Source: Antedon mediterranea (lineage: Eukaryota > Animalia > Echinodermata). Taken from it: DNA of 64,000 bases. The notes under the pieces were generated by a model. The model saw nothing but the letters and a program-made list of their open reading frames with translations, was not told the origin of the DNA and ran no database searches. Below are positions 40,801-52,800 of the stretch, one piece after another. How positions within the stretch are numbered: the stretch's first letter is position 1; the number at the start of each line of letters is the position of its first letter. The stretch is taken from positions 4,154,001 to 4,218,000 of the forward strand of contig NC_092674.1 of the NCBI RefSeq assembly GCF_964355755.1, read 5' to 3'. The position numbers were made by a program, and so were the translations under genes.

Positions 40801-43800
40801 TCTGTCAGGATCTAGGACTCACCTTTGCCTGGAGGATGGTACTTGGAGCAGTGCCTTTGAAGATAACAAATGCATAGGTAAGGATAATAAGTTATGGTTA
40901 TAGTTTATGTTGTTGTGAAGATTATTTTTTGTTCACACAATCCAATAGCACGCACATGATCTGCCAAATACAGGATTGAAAACCATTCTTTCTAAACCAA
41001 GTCTCATGAGGATTTGTTAGTGGTGCTGAAATTGCAGTCAGATCATTGATGTAAAATATCATAGGATTTAAACCAAGGGCACTAGGATTGATAAGCATTG
41101 GCATATCAACTACCTTGCCACAGTGCCACTACTATATTTTGTACAGTAACCAACAAATAATTAATAATTATTCTTTTTAAAAAATAAGATTTTGATGATC
41201 TGTTTATTATTTTATTTGTTCCTTTCAAGTGAAACATATAAAGGAAGCACCAAGGAGAGACAAGAGCTGTCAAAGACAACTATCACCAAAGGGCGTGTCT
41301 CTCCAATTATTATGTTAGCAGAAATAAATTATTTCTCATCATCTCATTTCAATTATGTATATTTTCTTTAAGATGTCGAAACTCCAACGTTTGGAAACAC
41401 TTGCCCACAAAACATCACAGTTATCACACCCCATGGTAAAGATACAATGAAGGTGACATGGCAGGTACCAATCGCAACAGATAACTCAAATGACGTGAAC
41501 GTGACGTCAGATGCTACACCGCCTATTACCTTAGGGGAAGGAGAACGGTTGATAACATACACAGCAATAGATGCATCAGAAAATAAAGCTACCTGTACCT
41601 TTGGTGTAATTGTTGAAGGTATAGTACAGTCAACTTCTCCCAATACTCTTGGGCTGATCTAAAGGTCTGTCTACACTATCAAACTAGTTTGACAAAAAAA
41701 TGTGATGTGCCCAAATATGTTAGTGATATACCCAAATATGGAAGTAATATGACATCATAATATCCTTAAGTTTGATTGTGTAGACAGAGCTTAATATGTG
41801 TTTTCCAGAAATTCTTGTATTCTGAATGTGTTTCCAATGGGAGAGGAAGAGTTTTTGGTTTTCAACTGTATTTCATGAATTATAATTCCTTAGTAATTCT
41901 ATGCCAGAATCCAATGTCTGGGACACATTTGGGACCAAAGTGTCCCCATAATAGAGGTGTTCTAAAGGAGAGGCTCTAGTGTAATTATATAATATAGTAA
42001 TAATTTAGTTCTGTTTTGTACACGAACTATATTATAATAATAAAATAACTCGTTTTCTCTGCAGTTCGACGTTGTAAAACATTACTTGCTCCTATGCACG
42101 GACATCTTGGTGGCGTAAATTGCGGCAACCATCTTGGAACATCGTGTGAAATTGTTTGCAATGAAGGGTATTATATGGTGGGCGGTGATAGTAATCGGAC
42201 GTGTTCTCTACAAAATGGTCAGCCTATCTGGACAGGTCAACAGCCAAGTTGTTCTAGTGAGTTTGAAGAAAAGATCTTTGAATTATGAATTAACTTCATG
42301 TAATATAATAATAATAAAAATATATATTAGTACCACATTTCTATAGTGCCCTTTTCATGAGTAATGCTCAAAGGCGCTTTACAAGCCTTATTACCCCAGT
42401 AATTTTTGCTATCAAACATGTATGGAAACATACTCCCATAATGCAGCTAGCAATCAGTGCAAAGTTGTGTCTTGATCTAACTGGGTACGCATTTAAAACA
42501 CCTGGGTGGGGAGAGGCAAATGTAAATAAAGTGCCTTGCTTAAGGATACAAGCAATGCGGCGAGAGTTGGATTTGAACCACGACCCCATGATTGGTAATC
42601 CAGCGTCCAACACACTGCGCCACAGTGTGTTGAATAATTTAAATTACATAAGTGAAAAATTACTAAATATTAATTTAGAAAAGTATTAAAGAAAAGTGAT
42701 TGTTTCAGTTGATTTTCATACTTGTTTTTTGTAGATGTTATTTGTCCTGAAGTTGAAGCTCCACAACATGTGCTCAAAGCTGCCTGTTCTGCTCCTTACA
42801 TTCTACACACCGAATGCCAGTACATTTGCCAGAAAGGCTACAACAAAGTCAGCGGATCTGACCGGCAAACATGCGGAATAAGCGGCGAATGGACTGGCTC
42901 ACTTATTCAATGTGAAAGTAAGTTGTGTTCATTTAACATGGAGTAGAAACGATATGGGTTGATTGTTTTCAGGGTGTTTAGAAGAAGGTGTTTAATAGAT
43001 GGTGTTTGCATGGTGTTTAGAAGAAGGTGTTTAGAAAAAGGTGTTTAATAGAAGGACGTGTTTGCAGGATGTTTAGTAGAAGCTGTTTACTGGCTTTTTA
43101 GAAGGTGTTTAGTAGATGGTGTTAGCAGGGTGTTTGTAGAAGGTGTTTGCATGGTGTTTAGAAGAAGGTGTTTGCAGGGTATCATTAGATGGTGTCATTT
43201 TATTGATGTTATTTTTATAGCCTTCGAACATATTGATTGATTTTGTCAAGAAAAATGATCAACCAAAAACATAGTACAATGTGTTATCTGCATTATCTTA
43301 TTAAAAATAATAATTGAATAACACCTATTAAGGGGACACTTTTTGGGTCCCAAGGTGTCTCTTTAAGAGTTGTACTGTATTTACCTTACCCCTTTATTAT
43401 TAGAAATCTAGTAACATGTTAAATCTGTTTTCTTCTTGTGCAAAGTTCAAACGTGCAGAGCAATTCCGGCATTTGCACATGGCATGATAATTCCAGCCAA
43501 CTGTACCAATGCTGGTGGTCGCTACAACGATGAATGCACCTTCAGCTGTGTTGAGAACTATGAACTGCAAGGTGAAGCCGTACATGTCTGTGGAGCCAGT
43601 GGCCAGTGGAGTAATATGGATGATGAACATGTCTGTCAAGGTACTGTATATAGTCTGGCTTTTTCAGACACATGCCGCTATTAGTAGAAACCCCCCCCCC
43701 CCCCCCTTTAGGGAACACTTGTGGGAACCAACTAAGTTTCCTCTTAATAGATCTGTTATCTGAATAGGTGTGACTGTAGTGTTAAAATATATATTCACAG

Positions 43801-46800
43801 GAAAGTGTCCTTTAATAAGGGTGTTCTCTGTTAATAGGGGTATCCAAAACTAGTGTATTTCCAGAATGCAATCCCCTGCATTGTTATAATAAGACCCTAC
43901 ATTTGTTCGAATTTTAGTAGGAGGACTTGAGAAACAAAACCTATTTAGTCTAAATTAATATTGATTGCTGCCAATTTGTAATTTTAGTTATAGTAATTTT
44001 AAAATGTGGACAATTTATTTAGAAATATCTTTTTACAGACCTCCAACTCCTGATATTCTTTTTCATTTCAGATCCAACTGCTCCAAAGCTGGGGCAGTGT
44101 CCAGACAATATCAATGTTGTTGCAAATCGCAATGAAACAACAGCTGAAGCATTATGGGTGATTCCAGACAGCTTTGATGAAAACGGTGAAAGGTTAAATG
44201 TCACATCTTCAAAGCCAAATGGAGAACGCCTCTCTGAAGGGAACCACACAATCGTTTTGTCTGCTACCGACTCCAAAGGCAAAAACTCATCTTGCCGCTT
44301 CATTGTTGAAGTAACAGGTAAGTAAAAACATTCTCCATTTTCCCGTGGTAAATATTGAGGGGGGAAAAACGAACACATTTTTAAAAAGATAAATTTAAAA
44401 GTAAATTGTGGCGATAATTTTCACAAACAAAATATTCATTAGGGAAAAAAAGTTATTATTACATATAGTATTCTCTAGATTTACCTCTGTTTTTGTGTAG
44501 AATATTATAGAAAGCCCAAGGCCACAAACAACATGAAAGTGTCCAACAATTCATAAATCTTTGTCTACACTATCAAATTTTATGTGACAAAAAAATGATG
44601 ACATGATGATGTCCTATCATATTTGGGCATATCACTACTATATTTAGGCATATCACTACCATATTTGGGCACATCACACTTTTTATTGTTCAAAACTAGT
44701 TTGATAGTGTAGATGGAGTTTAGATCATTTTACACAAACTAACTATATTATTGTAATTTCTTTGTAGTTCACAGGTGCCCAGAACATCCTCCGTTTGAAC
44801 ATGGCCTCATGATTGGTCAGTGTAACAATCATTATGGGACATCATGTCAGTTTGCCTGTGAGACCGGTTTCCTTCTAACAGGTTCCAGAATCAGGACTTG
44901 TGAACTCTTTGATGGAAATAACAACATATTTGATTGGACGGGAGACATGCCTGGATGTGGAGGTATTCTTTTTTTATTTCATACATTGCTATTTACATGA
45001 TAGGTAAACTATTTTATAATTTATCGTGCTTATAAACTAAGTCTCATTTGAGACTTAGGGAGTGGAGGTGAAAGAGTCATAAGCTACACCCCTTGCACTA
45101 GGTCAGGATTGAACCTTGGACCACCAAGCTACAGCTCCACTACAATATTGCTCATATATTAGAAAAATAAGTCACTCTTGTATTCTCCTTGAAATTGTAG
45201 ACTGGATTTGAATCTTATTTTTTATTTAGCGAATTTGTGTCCGATGTTCCCCTCCCCTGAAAATGGACTAATCCAAGGATGTGATGCAAGCCAACCACAA
45301 CCATACCAGACACAATGTCAGGTGCAATGCTCAGAGGGTTACAGACAGACATCTGGAGACAACCTACGAGTGTGTCTCGATAATGGCACCTGGGATGGAA
45401 TACCCTTAGACTGTCAAGGTACTGTACAGCTCTGTCTACACTATCAAACTAGATGGACAAAAAATTAACTAAATATGGTAGTGATATGCTTAAATATAGT
45501 AGTGATATGACATCATCATGTCCATATATGGACACATCATATTTTTTTTTCACTTAAAGTTTAATAGTGTAGACAGACCTTAAGATAATGTCATGGCATT
45601 TTGTGTTTCTAGATAGGCTTAAGAAATCCCTACATTACAGTTTACAAGAAATAACTTTATATTGTAAAATCTTTCCTGAAATTTTACTGTAGGTGTGGCT
45701 TGCCCAGGAGTTTCGATTGAAGGAGTTTCAGTATACCCGCCAAGTTGTTCAAATGGAGCAGTCTACCGGGATGAATGTCATTTTGGATGCAACCAAGGAT
45801 ATGCTTTGAGAGGTGCACTCTCACAATATTGCTCAGCAAGCGGCCAGTGGACCCAGAATGATAATGACACATTTTGTGAAGGTACAGTAAAGTGGTTGAG
45901 AAACTTTACAAGGATAATTGTTGTCATCATTTAGGTTCCTGGTTAAAGTGTTATTATTATTTAATAGTAGTGTCTTGTAGCTACTGGCGTAATGGCTATG
46001 AGTGCTCACTGGAGATTACCGATATTTACCAGCAAATCAAGGTGGACAGACTGGCTAGTACATAGGTGTTTTCAGTTATATGAGCATCTATCTATAGACA
46101 GACTGTATTAAAAATTATAAATTAGATATTAATAATTTTATACAAGTTCTTTTATAGTGCCAAATTCCAACAAATGGATCAGTGCTCATGGCACTGTGGA
46201 CTCAGATGTTACACTTTTCAACTACCTGCTTCTCCCCTAAGGGTCACCTCATGTCAGTGCAGCCACTTTAAGGCGCTCTCTCATCTGTCCAAAAACAAAT
46301 ATACGAATGTCCACTAATTAAAAACATGCAATTTTCCTTCTTTCAGATATAACACCTCCAGTTTTCACAGATTGTCCTGATGAATTGCCATTCCAGGCAG
46401 ATGAATGCCAGAGACAGGCTCTGGTAGACTTTTCAGACCCAAAGGCAGAAGATAATTCTGGCCAAGTTGTAGTATCAGCATTGACAATTTTGTTTGAAGG
46501 CCTACCCACTTATCTACCTGACGGTGAATTCAAGTTTAACTACATTGCTGAAGACGATGCAAGAAATATAGCAAGATGTTCATTTAAAGTTAAAGTTATT
46601 GGTAATATATACATATAAATAAATATATAAATCCAAAGGCAAATTACTGAATAAATGACAATGCTGTGGGTATCAGTGGCTGGATCTCAATGGAGATACA
46701 AATAAAATAAGCACTGAAAAAATGACAATGCTGTGGGTATCAGTGGCTGGATCTCAATGGAGATACAAAAAAAAATGAAAAGCTAATTCAAAATGATAAA

Positions 46801-49800
46801 GTAAACAATGTTTTGTAGACGGGAATATTTTATAGTCGCACATATGTTGCGAACTCCCATAATGGTCCTTTTGTGTCGTGGACATAAGTAATTGCGCTGT
46901 AATTGGCTGCTGGTGACACGATGGAACCCTTGATAAGGGAGAGAAGTGATGTTAAAAGGGTGTAACATCTAAGTCCACAGTGCTCTGATCTTCATGAAAT
47001 AGTGCTATATAAATGTCGCATTATATATTATATATTTCCTTCACTTGCATTAATGAAGGGCTAGTGTTGCCCGAAAGCTCTGCTAATTTTTCTGGCTGTT
47101 TTACTTTATCGTTTTGATTTAGCTTTTCACTTTTTTTTTGTATCTCTATTGAGAGCCACTGATACCCACAACATTGTCATTTTTTTCAGTTATTTGCCTT
47201 TGGATTTATTAAATATTTGTGTTACACTGCCATCAAATGGCGCTTATTCGAGGTTGACCTGTGCACAGAAGATGCACTGTGAGTTCTTTATAACTTTACA
47301 ATTACAATAGTTTGTTTTTTCATCTCCAATGTAATCCAATGTACAACCCAGCTAATCATTAAGAATGGAGTGGAGTTGTGGCTTGGTGGTTGTGATTCTT
47401 GGCTAACAATCCCAGGGTCCTGGGTTTAAGTCCTGTCATCCACTCTCAAAGACTTGTAATAAGACTTTGTTTATGTAGAACATTTTGTGTATATGTTTGA
47501 ACAGGATTGCCACCTTTAAGAAGAATAGTGATGAATTAATTATGGCCTAAATATATAAACAAAACAAAGAATAGTAACTTTGTGGCTAGGCTACATTCAT
47601 CAGTCACCCTGACCTGTGGTACTGTGGCTCACACTCTATTCTATCATCCTTCTTCACTCCACAGTGACCCAATGTCCAGATCTGCCAATCACCAACAGCT
47701 TAGACATCAACACCTCTTGTAACAATCTGTACGGCTCAATAGCTAAGTTCAGGTGTACAAGAGCGTACTCCACCCTAGAAGGACAGTCAAACGTAACGTG
47801 TCTCTCTACTGGGGAATGGAGTGATTCAACTCCACATTGTAACGGTAATACACATTTTCTGTTGTTAATTAATCTCTCATACATGATCTTAAGGCCAATT
47901 TACACAGATGAGCGGTTATGGTAATAATAATATAGAATCTGTTATCCCTTATGACCATTTACACAAAACGCGGAGTGGACGAGCGGTTGCTGCTCAGGAT
48001 AGGTAAAGATTCTACGTGGGACAAGCCACACAGCTTTCTGCTGTTACTGCTCGTATTTGTAAATTGGCCTTTAAGCCATATGAAATCAGAAGAAATTACA
48101 AGAGTTTGCAGTAAAACATTTTTAAAAAATGTACAGAAATATAAATATGAAATTTATAAAAATCAGTGAGATATAAGAAAAGTTACCTTTTATGATCACA
48201 ACCTAAGTATTGCTCACATTATCATTCAATTTTGATGTCTTTCTTTTACAGAGGTGATGTGTAATCCACTTCGTAATCAAGATTATGGTAAAGTAATGCC
48301 TTTTGTGTATCCATACTCATGCAGTGCACGACGTCACCCTGTAGGCAAACAATGTCACATTCGCTGCCCTTTTGGTTACCAGTCACGTGACGGGACAACG
48401 TCAGTCAGGTGTCTGCCAAATGGCCAATGGACTTCTCTTCCTGACAGTCTTTGTGTTGGTGAGTAATATAAGGTTGTTGGTTAAATTAAAAAGATTGGTT
48501 GTCAAATTAAAAAAAAAATTTTATTTTTAAATCGTTGCCATGACTACGATTCTTTTCAATCTTATTTTGGTGACCTACGACTCACTGTATTCATTGAATG
48601 TTCTAACGCTCTATCTACACTATCAAACTTTATTTGACAAAAAAATGTGATGTGCCCATGGACATGATGATGTCATATCACTACCTTATTTGGGCACATT
48701 ACACTTTTTTTGTCAACTAGTTTGATAGTGTAGACAGAAACTTTGGATTCAATGTGTGTGGTAAACAAATAAAACAAACAATCAAATGCTTTATTATTTC
48801 CACAAACAATATATCCTGCAACGGCGTAAGGTTTTACTCCATACAGTACACCGTTTTCAACCGCAAGGCATTGCCAATATTCCATATATTAATTGATTAA
48901 TTATTTTTCAGATATAACTCCTCCCAGATTCATCAGTTGTCCCTCTGCGATAACTAAATACCTTTCACCGAGAAAGTCAACCGTGAAGGTTACATGGAAT
49001 AAGCCAAGACCATTTGATACTTCAGGTAATTTAAGCTCTGAATTACAGGATGATGTATAGTTTGTTTGAGCAAGGCATGCTGAGCTCTGGAGATCAAAGT
49101 GGTTATCTGTGGCTGTGATACGATCAGTTCCACGCCGTGGAGAATATGTACATAGTACAGTACTGTTGGTATTTGTTGCAGCCAGACATAAGATCAAAGG
49201 ACTGTTACGGGTTCCTATCTTGGCAAGGCGAGCAGTCTTCTGTTGTTAGATTGCCTTGGTTTGAAGTACTGGTGTTTTTATTTCTCTTGACAATAACTTC
49301 ACGACCGTTATGCTGTGTTTATATTTTGAAATGAATTGAAATTAATTTCCACCTATATTGAGCTCTGTCTACACTGTCAAACTTTGTGTGACAAAAAATT
49401 GTCCGTGACCGTATATGGAAATCATGTCATATTGAGAATGTGCGCTACAGCTGATCTTTTAAATTATTTATTATTCCAGGTGTATTCAATCTAACTTCCC
49501 CTGATGTTGAGCAACCGTTACAACTTGGACCTGGTATAACACGGCTTAATTATGTTGCCACAGACGGTAGTGGAAATGAGGCTCATTGTATTTTTACCAT
49601 TACTGTAATAGGTAAGTATTTTGATAATTTTTGATATATGTTTTTTTTTATTCAATATTTCACTCAGAGGCTCCTCACAAGGCACAGCTTTAGTCTAGAG
49701 GAGCCTCTGCAACATTCAACAAATAAAAGCTTACCAACAGAAGGTGGAAATATATAACAACAAAATCTAAATAGTAAATCTTTATTATATGTTTCCATCA

Positions 49801-52800
49801 TTTAATATGCTCATCTAGACTTTAATGATGAGAGTAATGATCTAATTCTTTGTTATATAATTCAATAGATGCTCAAAAACCGACAGTTAAAGGCTGCCCT
49901 GAAGTTCAAGCTTTGAAGTCCGACACGCTTCCTATAGAGTTCAAGTGGCATCATTCGCCAGTGTTTGCCGATAACGTGAACGTGACGGACATTACGTACA
50001 GTAGGCAGAAAGGTGATCTTGTATACGAATGGGGCGAGTACAGCGTTGATATTACCGCTACCGATGACAACAACAACGCTGCTACTTGTACAATGCTAGT
50101 TGAAGCTGTTCCAAGTAAGAATCTTTTTTGTTATTAAGTCTCAAGTCCATCTTTCAAACATAAAGAAGCCTACGATTTACCACCACTATACACGATCTTT
50201 CTACCTTTATTCTATTGCCAACACCGTATAGTATTGTGAAGGCATGTGGCGCAGTGTGTTGGACGTTGGATTACTGATGGTGAGATCGTGGTTCGAATCC
50301 AGTTCTCGCTGCATTGCTTGTATCCACTTTACTTGCATTTACCTCTCTCCACCCATGTGTATAAATGAGTACCCAGTTAGATCAAGACACAACTTTGCAC
50401 TGATTATTAGCTCCAAAACATTACTGGCTTTGAGCATGATTATTCATGAAAAGCACCTAGAGGGGTCAGTGATCCATTAGGCGCTATATAAATATTGTTT
50501 ATTTTATTATTATTAAAAGGGCACTATAGAAATGTGGTATTAATAAAAAATAGTATGCACCCGTATTAAGACTATTCTTATTTCTAGTGTACACTTATGT
50601 CCTTGCAGTCGTTGCCAACATAGTTAAATTTTCTTTTATTATTAGCTGATCCTTGTAAAACTTTGGATGCTCCTAAGAATGGACAGATGAACTGTAAGGC
50701 ACACCACTGCACAGCGACCTGTAGGGACGGATACGTATTCCTCGATGGTCAAACTAGACACAAGTATAACTGTAATACGGTGCTAGGCCGTTGGAACCAT
50801 GGCAATCCAACCGATCCACAACCATTCGCAGCCAGCTGTTCAAAAGGTTTGTCAACAATGTCTCAGTAATATCCTAAAGCTCTGTCTATCAAACTAGTTT
50901 AACAAAAAAAGTGTGATGTACCCAAATATGGTAGTGATGTGCTTAAATATGGTAGTGATATGACATCATCATGTCCATATATGGGCACATCACTTTTTTG
51001 TCACATAAAGTTTGATAGTGTAGACAGAGCTTTAGCCTAGACTGCTGCCTCAACTAACTACTACTGCAGGGGTGGATCCAGGGGGTTGGTTCCCCTTTGA
51101 CAGCTAAAATGAAATTATGAACTACTCTTTGATATCTGTTTTTGACAGACTATTAATATAATACTATTAACGAAGGTGATATTATATATATTTTTTTTTA
51201 AATACTTTTTATTATTTTTTTTCCAGTTATACCTGGCAATGAGATTCGGTTGGAGCGCCAGGATGCATTGGTTTTTTCCCATCCTACTCCGATTGATTGC
51301 CGTAACACCTCTGCCAGTCGACAAACACAGATTCAAAATCTGTTAGACTCAAGCAAATTTATAGTAAGTTATAATTAATATGATACGGTAATGATACCTT
51401 TGTTTTTATTAAGGGCGTGTGGCGAATTATGTTGGACATACAACTACTAATCGTGAGATCGAGGTTCGAATCCAACTCTTGACGCATTGCTTGAATCCTT
51501 AGGCAAGATACTTTACTTACGTTTGCCTCTCTCCACCCAGGTGTATAGATGGGAACCCGGTTTGATCAAGACACAACTTTGCGCTGATTACTAGCTGCAT
51601 TATGGGAGTATGTTTCCATACATGTTTTATCCCAAAAAAAATGACTGGGGTAATAATGTTCAGCGCTTAGAGGTTTCACAACATTAGGTGCTATATAAAT
51701 CCAGGATATTATTATTATTATTAAAATGAAAATTATTCTTACACTAATAATTTTTTCAATTATCAGACATTTTGTCAAAGTCATGAAGATATTCAGTGTT
51801 CGTTTAAAGACATTTCGTCACTATGTGCGAACAACCGTGTCAAACGAACAACATTGGCAATACTCTCAAATGAAGTTGGGGTGATGTTTACCTATGTGGC
51901 CACAAGGTACTGTATTGGTGTCAGTTTTGTTGTTGTTTAAAGGTCTGTCTACACTATCAAACTTTATGTGACAAAAAAATGTGATATGCCCATATATGGA
52001 CATGATGATGTCATTTTTGTAAGATACCCTCTCCTATATAATGTAAGATATTATTTTTTTAATGCCCTCATTTTTCTTATTTATTTATTTATTTATTTTT
52101 TTATTTTAGTTCCAATGCAGATCTCTTGGACCAGATGTTAAGAGCCATCAACATTTCCATCAATGACCTTTGGCCTGAAAGTAAAGCTTATTTGGATATC
52201 AACGGAGACAGGGTTACTTTAGCTCCCTCCATATCAGAAAAGGGAACAGTTAGTTCAGTATGTCCGAAAGGTCAGAGTGCGGCCAATAAGAAGTGTGGTA
52301 AGTAGTTTATACTGTACTTTATTTGTAATAACACTTTTCAATATATTTACGTTATTATTGTAATGCTTTTAATATACGCTGTCAATACTATCAAACTAGA
52401 TAGACAACAAAAGTGTGATTTGCCCATATATGGACATGATGATGTCATATCACTACCATATTTAAGGATATCACTACCATATTTGGGCACATCTTTTGTA
52501 AGACTAGTTTGATAGTGCAGACAGAGCTTTAGTACTATAAAAAGTGCATTCACTGGCACTGTAAGATATTTTAACGGGAAAAAGAGGAGAAAGTTAGTCA
52601 AACTTTCTGAAGATTTGAAACTTGAAACTTTAGATTATGTCTTTATTGTTAATATCGTTTTATACTGTTCTTTCAGTGCAATGTTCACCAGGTACATTTT
52701 ATGATATACACTTTGAGAGGTGTCTCCCTTGCCAAGTGGGAACCTATCAGGATAAGGAAGGTCAACTAGCCTGTGTACCATGTCCAAGAGGGACAAGCAC

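Noticed and set aside
42970-43195. GGTGTTTAG degenerate array as a telomere-like repeat
   Set aside because: It is not TTAGGG or TTAGG; it is an ordinary decayed minisatellite.
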